Source: Candidatus Beckwithbacteria bacterium GW2011_GWC1_49_16
Lineage (GTDB): Bacteria; Patescibacteriota; Microgenomatia; UBA1400; CG1-02-47-37
DNA length: 34,998 bases
NCBI GenBank assembly: GCA_001029675.1
Contig: CP011210.1
Coordinates: forward strand, 1,014,891-1,049,888
Reading direction: 5' to 3'
The notes beneath the pieces are model-generated. The model did not search any database. It had not been told where the DNA came from and worked only from the letters and a program-made list of their open reading frames with translations. Every line of letters begins with the position of its first letter. The first letter of the stretch is position 1. The position numbers and the translations under genes are program-made. This document shows, piece by piece, positions 9,636 to 18,466 of this stretch.

Positions 9636-11105
9636 ATGGCGGAAGATATAGGAGCAAGAATAGAGGGCGAGGGTGGGTGGGGAGAAAAACCATTGCAGCC
9701 GATTAATTTGTCTAGGATAGACGTGAGCGAATTTCGGGATTTAGGTTTAGGCGATGAGGGTGAGGTTGGTGAGGGCAGCCTAGAGATGATTAGGCCCGGG
9801 GAGGTGATTGATGAGGCAGTTGAAACTGTAAAAGATGCCTTGAAGACCAAAAAGGCCACCGTTGGTCAGTTAAAATCAATGGTTCCGCTTATGGCTCAAG
9901 TTTTTTTACAAGAAGGTGGTAATTCATCTTCTTGGAGCGAACCAAAATCAAGCGAGGAGTTTGTGCCGTGGGTGTTGATGGCGGCGGCGGGGATCGGTTT
10001 GGCTTTGGCGTTGTGGAAAAAAGATGAGATTGGACAGTTTATGAATAAACTAAGTCAGAGGGGGGCGATAAAAGAACTAAAAAGAGCGGGCCTAGAAGAG
10101 ATTGCGGGAGGACCGGCTGGTCGAGTTGAAATTCAAGAACCGGCGGGGTTGGAAACTAAAGAAGAGAAAGCGCGAAAAAAGAAAGAAAAAAGAAAGAAAA
10201 GGGTAAAAGCGATAAAGAAAGCGACACGACAGGCGATGATTCTTATTACAATAGCAGGCAGCGTGGGGGGCGCATTCTGGTTAGGAGTAGATAAGGTTAT
10301 GGGGATGATTGATGTTTGGAACGAAGTTAACCCTGTTAGGGAGCAAGCAGTGGAAGAAGGGTTGATCTCCGGCATTCCCGGGGTGGACGAGATTAGCCCC
10401 CAAGCTACAGGGGAGATGATTCAAAAAAGTCTCGAGATGAGAAAAATGCTGGCTTATTATGATGATTATAGCGAGCCCTCGACGTGGGGAGGAGAAATGG
10501 CGTGGGGGGTAAATAAAAGCGAACCGCTTTTAAAACTGGAAAATATCGATGACGAGAAAACCCAACAGTTTTCTGCCTGGAAAGGGGCGAGTTGGATTTT
10601 TGGGGTTTATACCGAAGGCTATTTGTCGGAACCAAACCCTTTACTGGTTGACTATTGGTCTGAGCAGTGGCAGCTTAGTGCGATTGAGAGGTTTGATTTG
10701 GAAAATAGCTGGTTAGAATTTAGCCGAGACCGAAAGGCAGCCTATGGTTACTTAGAGGAGTTGAATATAAAAAACAGGCTTGGCGATAAAGGCGAGGAGA
10801 TAATTAAATTTTATAGCGAGGCCAACAGGTTGTTTGAGGTTTATCCGGGAGAAGCCGGCTGGGAACAAAGATGGCAAGCTTTGAAAGCATGGGTGGAACA
10901 GCAAAAACAGACAGAGCCAACTCCGACAGCAGAGGCTTCGACAGGAGAAACTGTCTCTTTGTCCAGGATGCTGGCGTTGGCGGGGTTGGCTCACATGGGA
11001 GGAACCAGGAGGGATTTTTTAAATGGGTTGACGTTGTTGGTAGGAGCGGCGGCGCTAGGGCCGTTGGGGAAAACACAGATAAAGGCTGACGAAGAAGAGA
11101 TTTAA
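9636..11105 (+). CDS. Hypothetical membrane protein (2 TM segments, Lys-rich loop, C-terminal twin-arginine-like hydrophobic tail)
   Basis: ATG at 9636 lies 1 bp after the upstream TAA. TM segments are VPWVLMAAAGIGLALALW and MILITIAGSVGGAFWLGV; the C-terminus contains TRRDFLNGLTLLVGAAALG. Confidence 0.75.
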   Translation: MAEDIGARIEGEGGWGEKPLQPINLSRIDVSEFRDLGLGDEGEVGEGSLEMIRPGEVIDEAVETVKDALKTKKATVGQLKSMVPLMAQVFLQEGGNSSSWSEPKSSEEFVPWVLMAAAGIGLALALWKKDEIGQFMNKLSQRGAIKELKRAGLEEIAGGPAGRVEIQEPAGLETKEEKARKKKEKRKKRVKAIKKATRQAMILITIAGSVGGAFWLGVDKVMGMIDVWNEVNPVREQAVEEGLISGIPGVDEISPQATGEMIQKSLEMRKMLAYYDDYSEPSTWGGEMAWGVNKSEPLLKLENIDDEKTQQFSAWKGASWIFGVYTEGYLSEPNPLLVDYWSEQWQLSAIERFDLENSWLEFSRDRKAAYGYLEELNIKNRLGDKGEEIIKFYSEANRLFEVYPGEAGWEQRWQALKAWVEQQKQTEPTPTAEASTGETVSLSRMLALAGLAHMGGTRRDFLNGLTLLVGAAALGPLGKTQIKADEEEI

Positions 11106-12505
11106 CCCAAGAGGCTGCCGATAATAGGAATTTTTCGCAGAGTGCCGGAAACATCGGGTGCGGCGGCGCTGGTGATGCCGGCTTTAACGCTTAAGAGTTG
11201 GTCGAGAGCCTGGGGGATTTGGGCGGAGGCCATGAGGATGCCTAGGCCGATAAGTGGCTCGAGAACTCTTGGGTCGGCAGTAGTAATGACTTGGGCTGAC
11301 CCAGGAGCAAGAACGCCAGTCTTATTTAATGGAGGAAGGCTCGGGAGGTTTAAGCCGATATTAGAATCGACAATATAGGCGGCCAAATAGAACATAAAAG
11401 CCATGGCTGGGAAAGTAAGGGCGGCAGAAAGCATTTGCCGGAAAAAGTTACTGACTACTTCTTGGCGACCCGGAATGGCAGAAAAAAGAAAGACAAAAGG
11501 AGAAAAGATGGTTTGAAGAATTAGGGTGACGTATTTAGTAATCAGGGCAAAGAAGATTTTGATGCCGGTGCCAAGAAGCGTAAAGGCAAAAATCAAGGGA
11601 ATAATTTTGTCGGTGATGGTTAAAGTGGTCTTGGCGCACTTACTGCCCGGAAGTTTATTTATTCCAGGTATTTCACAAATAAGTGCAAAAAGGGTTCTAC
11701 CCAGACCACCGATAAACTCGCCCAATTTGTTAATAACGCCTGCTCCGCCAAAACTCCTTCCGGTTAAAAGGTCACCGACAAAGTCAAGGGTATAAGGATC
11801 TGGATTGGGATCAAGTTGGTTTAAAGGAAATTCTTTATAGTAGATGGTGTTGATTAGGTTGTGACCAAGATAAACCGTGTCGATAATCAGGCCGGCAATG
11901 GCAAAGCTAAAGGTGACTAAAATGAGCCCAACGACGATTCGGGGTAGGGCGAGTTGGACATTGATGACGGTTTGAGGGTTTAAGCGGGTGCGGAACATGA
12001 TCATCAAGCCGATAACCACTAAAACGACTACAAACAAAAGATAGGCGACGTTGCGGCTGATAGTCCAGAGTTCAAGGATGGCCTGGTCAGAGTCACCGGT
12101 GAGAAACTTACTGCCTTCACCGATGGCAATGGCCGGTTTGGCTATGCCGGCATTTTTTCTTAAGTAGGCTAAATAGTCCAGAGAAGATAGGGGGCGTTGG
12201 TCGTAGAGTTTGGCAATGAGGCTGGCTGTTACGCCAGTGGCCCCCCCGGCGATGGGGTTGCCGTTTTCGTCATAAGCGCCAACAATGGCAACGTTAAGCG
12301 AATCCATTAAGATGGGGATCATGCCCGAGCTGCCGTTGGGGGTGAGCTTGCCTGCCATAAAGCTTTCCAGGTTCATTTCCGGCGAGGTGACGGCCTGGAT
12401 GAAAGTATCGGAGGAGGGGGCAGTTTGGGCGTGAACCGCGACCGTAAAGCGTAAGCCATAAACCGCAATCAGCAAAACCAAGAAAAATTTGAGCAGGCGG
12501 GACAT
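11102..12505 (-). CDS. VirB6/TrbL-like polytopic membrane protein (CPR T4SS-like)
   Basis: Signal peptide ending VHA-Q. 'LWTISRNVAYLLFVVVLVVIGLMIMFR...LPRIVVGLILVTFSFAIAGLIID' and the later 'LILQTIFSPFVFLFSAIPG' match the VirB6-like pattern; about 6-7 TM helices. Confidence 0.7.
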   Translation of the reverse strand: MSRLLKFFLVLLIAVYGLRFTVAVHAQTAPSSDTFIQAVTSPEMNLESFMAGKLTPNGSSGMIPILMDSLNVAIVGAYDENGNPIAGGATGVTASLIAKLYDQRPLSSLDYLAYLRKNAGIAKPAIAIGEGSKFLTGDSDQAILELWTISRNVAYLLFVVVLVVIGLMIMFRTRLNPQTVINVQLALPRIVVGLILVTFSFAIAGLIIDTVYLGHNLINTIYYKEFPLNQLDPNPDPYTLDFVGDLLTGRSFGGAGVINKLGEFIGGLGRTLFALICEIPGINKLPGSKCAKTTLTITDKIIPLIFAFTLLGTGIKIFFALITKYVTLILQTIFSPFVFLFSAIPGRQEVVSNFFRQMLSAALTFPAMAFMFYLAAYIVDSNIGLNLPSLPPLNKTGVLAPGSAQVITTADPRVLEPLIGLGILMASAQIPQALDQLLSVKAGITSAAAPDVSGTLRKIPIIGSLLG

Positions 12506-12511
12506 AAGCTT

Positions 12512-12520
12512 AGGTTAGCA
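12512..12520 (-). promoter_or_regulatory. Extended -10 (TGcTAACCT), leaderless
   Basis: Minus strand reads TGCTAACCT-aagctt-ATG(12505). Confidence 0.45.
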
Positions 12521-12523
12521 CAA

Positions 12524-15500
12524 TTACTGGTTAAAGTTAATAGTTTCGTTGGCGCGGCAGACGCCGGAACCAATCGGTTGAGCTAAGTAAACGCTGTTGG
12601 TAATGGAAAAGGGCTGGTCGGTGAGCGAGTGGGCGGTGTAGCAGACTTCGTAGATGGTGCCGCCGGGGATAAAGTAGAGGAGTTGGTCAAAAAGATATGG
12701 GAAGAACTCGGCCAGAGCGGCGTTGATTTGTTCCTGGGTGAGGGTAAAGAAATTTTTAAACGGCTCAAGCAGCGAGCTGTCAACGTCGATGTCTTTGATG
12801 GCCTCGATATCCTGTTTGAGTTGGTTTTTGACCGCTTCGTCGTCGGTAGCTTCAAGCTGGGCTTCAAGTTCATCGATAATCGCTTGTTTTTCTTGTTCGG
12901 GGTCGGCGGCTGTGGCGATGCGGACCAGGATACCGACATAGTATTGAGTGATTTGGGTGGCGACGCCAGGGAGTTCGGTAAGGGGCTTTGGCCCTTCGGG
13001 GGCAGACAGGGCAACGTCGAGAGTATTCCAGATAAAGCCGGCCAAATTAAATTCCGGCCAGCCGGCGACATAGTATTCGTCGTTCTCCAGGGTCGGGGCG
13101 GATTTGCTTTGAACAAAAGTGGGGTTGGGGCGGAGCTTTAGGGGAATAAGCGACGGGTCGGTGGGAGTTTGGCGGGAGGCCGCGACCGAGTTTCTGTCGA
13201 TTTCAACCAGCTGAGGATCAACAAAGGCCTCAAACATGATGTAGGAGTATTGGATGATCTGATCGTTGGTGACGACAAACTGAGGGCAAAGCCTGGCCGA
13301 TTCAGAGGCGGTCAGGGAAGTGGGAGCTTCGGTATCAAGGTTAAAACAGGCAGAAACAGGGCCGGTAGCCAGTTCCTGTTGGGCGCTCCAGAATGAGGAA
13401 AAGATGATAAAGCCGGCAATGACGGTAACGGCGACAACCGAAGCCACGGCTAGGGCGGTAGATAAGACAGCCATGGTGATGGCGCCTGCGCCCAAGCCTG
13501 CCAGGACGAAGTTGATGCCTGAAAGAACGGCTTGGCCGACAAAAGCCCCCAGGCTTCCCAAGAAAGCGCCGATGGAGGGAATCAGGGCGGACAAAAGAGG
13601 CAGGCCGATAGTCCAGGCAAAGACGTACCAGGAAGGCAGGGCGACTCCAAAAAGGCCTAAGACAAATTGGGAAATGGTGCCGATGAAGAAGCCAGCCCAA
13701 GCAATGTAGTTGGCTTGGGCAAAGGGGAGTTTAAGAGTTGACTGGAGAGCTTTGTAAAACAGCAAGAAGCTGGCAGAGCCGGCCAGCGGTCCGGCGATCC
13801 AGGCCAGGGGAGCCGGCACGCCGGCGGCGATTAAGGGCTGGATCAGGCCAAAGCCGGCAAAAAAACCAGGGTTGAAGAAGTTTTGAAAGTAGGGACTAAT
13901 TCGGGCCCAGGAGTTTTTAAGAAAGCGGGTCACGTCTTGGGCAATTCTGAACCAAGCTCTTTCCGAGCCAGCACGAATGACGCCTTCCGGAGCGCCGTAG
14001 GCGATTCTAAGCCAAGTACGATAAATGACATTTTGGTAAAAACGCGAGAAAACAGAGCTGGGGTTTTTCAGGCTTAAATAGCGCCAGTGGGGAGAGGAGA
14101 AGGTTTTGCCAAGAATATTCCACTGCCTTTGAGTCAACTTTTCTACTAAGAGCTTAAAAAGGTTGCCTTTGACTTGCCAGAGATAGTCGGCGGCGGCAAA
14201 AGTGGCGGTAGTTCTAAATGGACTCCAGCCGAAAAATTCCTGAAATAAAGGGCTTAGTAGGCTGCCGATAGCCAGACCGTTAAAAGGAACTCTTAGCCAC
14301 CAGTTGTTGTAAAGAAAGTTGGCAAGACGGTTGATGGGGCCGGGTTTTAAACCGGGAACGTAGCCTCTGCGAATGGCTTGTAATTCCGTTTGTCTTAATT
14401 CTAGTGACGCTTGTTTTAACTGTTGACCGAATTGTCTGGTGTAGGGAGATTCCATTAAAGTTTTTGATTCGAGCAGCATGGCTTCGGATTTGACCCCGCG
14501 GATAAGGTCAAGATATTCTTTGGTCCAGGCAACTGGAGTTGGACCGAACTTGGGGTGAACGTAATTACCTAGTCTGGCGATTCTGGCGGCGGTGTTATAA
14601 AAAGCGCCGACGCCGGTGCCTAGTCCGGCAAAGCCAGCCCCGGCGGCATTTACCGGCAACCCAAACCAGCTGGTGAAAACGGCGTTGGGGAAAAGAGCGC
14701 TGCCGAGTTGGTAGCCGAGATAACCGGCAGAGACAGTGGTGGGGCTGAAGACACCGCGGGCAAATTGGGAAGCAGTGGTGCCGCCAACGCGATAGGCATT
14801 AAGCCAGCGGTTGGAGGTAAAGAATTCTAAAACCTTGGCTCTTAAAATTTTGACGCCGGGGATGTAGTCCAGAAGAGAAGTCAGACCCAGGCCAACGGTG
14901 TTGATAGCCAAGCCGAGGGTAAGATCGATTAAAAAGCCGGCCAGAAGCTGGGCGGCAAAGCTGAAAGGATCTTTATCGGTGTCTCGCAGTCTTTTGGCGG
15001 TGTTTCTAAAGAACTTACCGAAAATGTTTCTGAAGCCGGGGGTATCGTGTTTGGCTAAAAGCCCGGTGAGTTGTCCGTCGATTTGGCCCAGAGTTTTTTT
15101 GTCGTTTTTTTTGACTGCCTCTTGGCGGTTTTTAAACAGTTGATTGAGGCGGTAGTTTAGTTGCCTGGTGTCTTCGTCGGTTCTGCCCGATAACTTGTCC
15201 AAAAAGTCGGCGGCCGAGTGGCTGGCTTGGGAAGCGGCAAGAATGGGGGTGAAGACGGCTTTGGTGACATTTTCTCCGTTGTAACCTGCGTAGGTGATTC
15301 TTGACAGTAGCGGGGCACCGCCTTTGGATAGGACCGCCATAACGCCCCGGGTAGGCAGAGCCAAAAACTCAAAGGCGCTTGTTTCCGGCAAGGTTTTCAT
15401 GTAGTAGTAAATCGACATGGCGTTTAAAGGGTTTTTCATCCAGGCCATTTCAAAGGCGATTTTTTTGTGTTCCATTTGTTTCATCAGGTCGCCAGCCGGG

Positions 15501-16243
15501 CCAAGAAGGGTGAAAAGAAACAAGTTAGTGGCTTGGTGAAGTTGAAAGTTTAATAGCCCGGCGCGATAGAGTTTGAGGTAAGCCCAGGTGTTTTGACCGA
15601 ATCTGGCTGCGCCGAGTTTGGCATCTGGTGAAGCAAAATGTTCAAAGTAGCCAGTTTTAAAAGAGTTAAGGTACTTTTCGATTTTTTCTTGGTTGTTTTT
15701 GAGGTCTTCTTGGATGGTTTGCCATTTTTGCTGGGGGGTCTGTTCGGCGGCGGGCTCGACAAGCTCTTCGGCGGTTTTAACCGGAGGCGCTTCGGGCAGG
15801 GCCTCGGGCTGGGGTTGACGCTGAAAGGGTGGGGCGTTTAGGGTTCGGTCGAGAAGGGGCTTTAGGTCTGGATTTTTTTCGATGAGGCGATCAAGGCGGC
15901 GTTTTTGGGCGCTGTCGCGTTCCTGCCACCGAATTCGGTCTAAGACGTAGTAAGGGTCGGAGCGAAAAGCGGCGATTAACTCGTTGTCTTTAACTTGAGA
16001 TAGACGACGTCTTTCGAGAGCTTGAGAGGCAGGGGTGACGGCCACTCTTTGACCAAAGAGGCCCTCTTCTAAGCTGCTTGGTTGAAACGGTGCGGCAGCT
16101 GGGGCGCCTTTGGGCGGTTTTTGCGGAGGTTCTCCAGGTGGTGTGGCGGTAGCGGTCTTTTGGTCCGGCGGCTTTTGCGGCGGCGGCACGGCCGTGCCGG
16201 TTTGGGTTTTGGTGGTTTGATCGGTGTCGGGCAGAGCGGCCAT
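12524..16243 (-). CDS. Large (1239 aa) multi-pass membrane protein of unknown function
   Basis: Pro-rich N-terminus, long G/A/F/L-rich amphipathic region, a cluster of TM helices at about aa 790-950, and an acidic Cys-containing C-terminal domain. Confidence 0.8.
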   Translation of the reverse strand: MAALPDTDQTTKTQTGTAVPPPQKPPDQKTATATPPGEPPQKPPKGAPAAAPFQPSSLEEGLFGQRVAVTPASQALERRRLSQVKDNELIAAFRSDPYYVLDRIRWQERDSAQKRRLDRLIEKNPDLKPLLDRTLNAPPFQRQPQPEALPEAPPVKTAEELVEPAAEQTPQQKWQTIQEDLKNNQEKIEKYLNSFKTGYFEHFASPDAKLGAARFGQNTWAYLKLYRAGLLNFQLHQATNLFLFTLLGPAGDLMKQMEHKKIAFEMAWMKNPLNAMSIYYYMKTLPETSAFEFLALPTRGVMAVLSKGGAPLLSRITYAGYNGENVTKAVFTPILAASQASHSAADFLDKLSGRTDEDTRQLNYRLNQLFKNRQEAVKKNDKKTLGQIDGQLTGLLAKHDTPGFRNIFGKFFRNTAKRLRDTDKDPFSFAAQLLAGFLIDLTLGLAINTVGLGLTSLLDYIPGVKILRAKVLEFFTSNRWLNAYRVGGTTASQFARGVFSPTTVSAGYLGYQLGSALFPNAVFTSWFGLPVNAAGAGFAGLGTGVGAFYNTAARIARLGNYVHPKFGPTPVAWTKEYLDLIRGVKSEAMLLESKTLMESPYTRQFGQQLKQASLELRQTELQAIRRGYVPGLKPGPINRLANFLYNNWWLRVPFNGLAIGSLLSPLFQEFFGWSPFRTTATFAAADYLWQVKGNLFKLLVEKLTQRQWNILGKTFSSPHWRYLSLKNPSSVFSRFYQNVIYRTWLRIAYGAPEGVIRAGSERAWFRIAQDVTRFLKNSWARISPYFQNFFNPGFFAGFGLIQPLIAAGVPAPLAWIAGPLAGSASFLLFYKALQSTLKLPFAQANYIAWAGFFIGTISQFVLGLFGVALPSWYVFAWTIGLPLLSALIPSIGAFLGSLGAFVGQAVLSGINFVLAGLGAGAITMAVLSTALAVASVVAVTVIAGFIIFSSFWSAQQELATGPVSACFNLDTEAPTSLTASESARLCPQFVVTNDQIIQYSYIMFEAFVDPQLVEIDRNSVAASRQTPTDPSLIPLKLRPNPTFVQSKSAPTLENDEYYVAGWPEFNLAGFIWNTLDVALSAPEGPKPLTELPGVATQITQYYVGILVRIATAADPEQEKQAIIDELEAQLEATDDEAVKNQLKQDIEAIKDIDVDSSLLEPFKNFFTLTQEQINAALAEFFPYLFDQLLYFIPGGTIYEVCYTAHSLTDQPFSITNSVYLAQPIGSGVCRANETINFNQ

Positions 16244-16249
16244 AAGATT

Positions 16250-16258
16250 ATCTTAGCA
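16250..16258 (-). promoter_or_regulatory. Extended -10 (TGcTAAGAT), leaderless
   Basis: Minus strand reads TGCTAAGAT-aatctt-ATG(16243). Confidence 0.5.
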
Positions 16259-16280
16259 AGGATTAAATCTGGGGGCTAGC

Positions 16281-16296
16281 GGCGGGCTTGCCCGCC
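16281..16296. terminator. GC-rich intergenic hairpin, possible terminator or REP-like element
   Basis: GGCGGG-CTTG-CCCGCC just downstream of the peptidase stop codon; no clear U-tract. Confidence 0.35.
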
Positions 16297-16302
16297 ATAG
16301 CT

Positions 16303-17001
16303 TTAGCGGCGGCGAGGGGTGAGGAATCTAAGCGGCAGGAGAAGAGCGAGATTGAGAATAAGGATAAGGGCGAAAAGAGAAGCTAAAAGCCAAAACAGGT
16401 TGGCGGTGAATTGGGGGATGGCGGCTGGTAGGTTTAAGTTGGCGAGCTTGAAAACGCCGAGGAGAATTAAGATTAAAACCACGGGGACGCCGGCGGCTTG
16501 AAGGTCGGAGGGGGAGGAGAACATGGTGTTGGCGATGGCAAAGACCAAGTAAAGGGTGAGGGCGAGGCGGTAGAAGGGGAGAAAGGCAGAAAGGGTTTGG
16601 AGTTGGGACAGGAGGTTTTCGGCCAGATTCAGATTTAGCCCCACACGGATTAAAAGGTAGAGGACAATTAGGCCGACGACAAAGGGCGCGGTGCCGATGA
16701 GGGTGAGGCGGATCGGGTCGGTGGCGGCGATTTGAGCCGAGCCCAAGCGGAGCTCCCCCTCACGAAGCTGGGGTTTTAAGGATAGCTCGCCGGTGGGGAC
16801 GCGCAGGAGTTCAGCAGATAAAATATGGGAGAATTCGTGCAAAAAAACTCCGGGCAAAAGGAAGAAAAACAGCAAATTGACGGTGGCTTCCTGGGAGTGA
16901 GTCAGGCGCATCAAGAGCTTGATCAAGTGGCCGATGAGAGCGCGGGAGGAAAGATAAAGGAGAATGGCGGTGAGGATGAAGGCGAGAAGAGATAAAAGCA
17001 T
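16303..17001 (-). CDS. Membrane zinc metallopeptidase, M50-like (HExxH)
   Basis: 'LPGVFLHEFSHILSAELL', 'LIGTAPF' and 'NTMFSSPSD' (candidate third-ligand Asp), with several TM helices. Confidence 0.75.
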   Translation of the reverse strand: MLLSLLAFILTAILLYLSSRALIGHLIKLLMRLTHSQEATVNLLFFFLLPGVFLHEFSHILSAELLRVPTGELSLKPQLREGELRLGSAQIAATDPIRLTLIGTAPFVVGLIVLYLLIRVGLNLNLAENLLSQLQTLSAFLPFYRLALTLYLVFAIANTMFSSPSDLQAAGVPVVLILILLGVFKLANLNLPAAIPQFTANLFWLLASLFALILILNLALLLPLRFLTPRRR

Positions 17002-17006
17002 AGAGA

Positions 17007-17948
17007 TTATCGTTTCCTTTCTCGGCTATCAAGGTAGCGTTTTACCGCTGCCAGCGAAGTCAACCAGTTGCGTTTTTCTTTGTATGCCGCCAGCTTGCCT
17101 TGGCGGGCCAGCAAATTAAGATACTTGGCGGAAAAAGAGGTTTTTTTAGCAATAATGGCTAAGGGGTAAAATTTTTCTCTGGGTTTAGTCGTCGGCGTTA
17201 GGGTTTTCAAATAAATGTCTAAAGACCTTTCCACCGTTTGAGCAGCAAAACGGATTAAAGGCTGATAATTATTCTTGTCTGCCTCCTGTAGTACCCGATA
17301 ATATTTTTGGCGGTCGTTTTTCAAAATGACAGCTAAAGGGTAAGCTTTTCTCATTAAGATTAGATTCATCACTAGTCTGGCAGTCCGGCCGTTCCCGTCT
17401 AAAAAAGGATGGATAAAGACCAACTGGTGGTGGAGTCTTGCCGCCAGCTCAATTGGGTGGAGGCGATGGCGGTTTTTTCCAAGCCAGCTGATTAATTTAT
17501 TCATGGCTGCGGAAACCGCGCTGGCATCCGGCGGGGTGTGGTTACTACCGGCAATGAAGACATTAGTTTTACGGTAGCGTCCAGCCCAATCAGCCTCGGT
17601 TTTTTTCATGATTAGACTGTGGAGCTCGCGGACTAATTTTTCGGAAACAGTCACCTTTTTTTGCGGCCGAACCAGTTCATATAAAAACTCCAGGGCCTCG
17701 TGATGATCTTTGGCTTCCAAGTGATCTTTTAGAGGTTTGTTTTTAACGGTAATGCCCTCATTGATCACCCAAAAGGTTTCTTTAAGAGTTAAGCTGTTAC
17801 CTTCAATAGCGTTGGAGTTGTAGGTCATTTCTATCTGGAATTTTTCCTGGAGTTTTTTAACGGCCACTGGCGGCAAGGGGCGTAGTCGGCGCAGTCTTAC
17901 TAGTTTTTGGTCAACTCTGGAGAATAAAGCATTAATATGGTTTACCAT
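17007..17948 (-). CDS. fic: Fic-domain protein (class II, N-terminal inhibitory helix) with C-terminal helix-turn-helix
   Basis: Canonical HPFLDGNGRTAR motif, inhibitory SNAIEGN motif, and an HTH-like C-terminus 'LAIIAKKTSFSAKYLNLLARQGKLAAYKEKRNWLTS'. Confidence 0.92.
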   Translation of the reverse strand: MVNHINALFSRVDQKLVRLRRLRPLPPVAVKKLQEKFQIEMTYNSNAIEGNSLTLKETFWVINEGITVKNKPLKDHLEAKDHHEALEFLYELVRPQKKVTVSEKLVRELHSLIMKKTEADWAGRYRKTNVFIAGSNHTPPDASAVSAAMNKLISWLGKNRHRLHPIELAARLHHQLVFIHPFLDGNGRTARLVMNLILMRKAYPLAVILKNDRQKYYRVLQEADKNNYQPLIRFAAQTVERSLDIYLKTLTPTTKPREKFYPLAIIAKKTSFSAKYLNLLARQGKLAAYKEKRNWLTSLAAVKRYLDSRERKR

Positions 17949-17983
17949 AGTTTTAATGATATACCATATTAAGAGTTTGTCAA
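17936..17983 (-). promoter_or_regulatory. fic promoter overlapped by two palindromic operator-like boxes
   Basis: TTGACA(17983-17978)-16 nt-TATCAT(17961-17956)-7 nt-ATG. Boxes are TATGGTTTACCATA (17936-17949) and AATGATATACCATA (17955-17968). Confidence 0.6.
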
Positions 17984-17992
17984 GGACTAGGA

Positions 17993-18466
17993 TTATTGGG
18001 TTTTGATGGCGGAGAGAAAATCGTTCGGTTCTTGGAGCTTAAAAAAAGGCCGGGTCCAGGCGAGGCGGGTGCCGATTAAAGTCAGCAGAGTAACCAGGCC
18101 GAAGAGGAAGGGTTTTAAAGTTTTTAAAAAATAGAGGCTGGCGTAAGCCGCACCCGATAAAATCGACAAAAAGGAAAAGGCAATAAGGCCGGAGACAGTG
18201 GTCGACAGGGTGGACTGATTAAGGCCGGTTAGGGTCTGGATGATGCCCGGGCCGGAAGGTTCTCTCCACCTCGCAGGAGTCGGCTCCGGCTGGAAGCCGG
18301 CCGTCACCTCCGAGGAGGATCCAGTTGTTTGGGGAGAGAGTTGGCCGACCATGGATTTTAATTTTTGCAGCTGGTCGGCGGCGACCCTAACCTTGCCGGT
18401 ACCCTGGCAGGTGGGGCAGCCAACGCCGTTACAATTTGGGCAAGTTAGGATCTGATAATCTGCCAT
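17993..18466 (-). CDS. Small membrane protein with N-terminal DnaJ-type zinc finger (2x CxxCxGxG)
   Basis: CPNCNGVG-CPTCQGTG at the N-terminus, two C-terminal TM helices, no J-domain. Confidence 0.75.
   Translation of the reverse strand: MADYQILTCPNCNGVGCPTCQGTGKVRVAADQLQKLKSMVGQLSPQTTGSSSEVTAGFQPEPTPARWREPSGPGIIQTLTGLNQSTLSTTVSGLIAFSFLSILSGAAYASLYFLKTLKPFLFGLVTLLTLIGTRLAWTRPFFKLQEPNDFLSAIKTQ

Noticed and set aside
1797-11105. Purine-rich look of the orphan block as proof of horizontal transfer or a prophage
   Set aside because: The plus strand is G-rich across the whole window, so strand skew explains much of it. No phage hallmark, integrase or flanking att repeats were seen, and composition was not computed.
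17007-17948. Fic protein as a T4SS-translocated effector like Bartonella Beps/VbhT
   Set aside because: No BID-like domain. The class II Fic plus HTH with its own operator looks like a widespread stand-alone module, so an effector role is unsupported.
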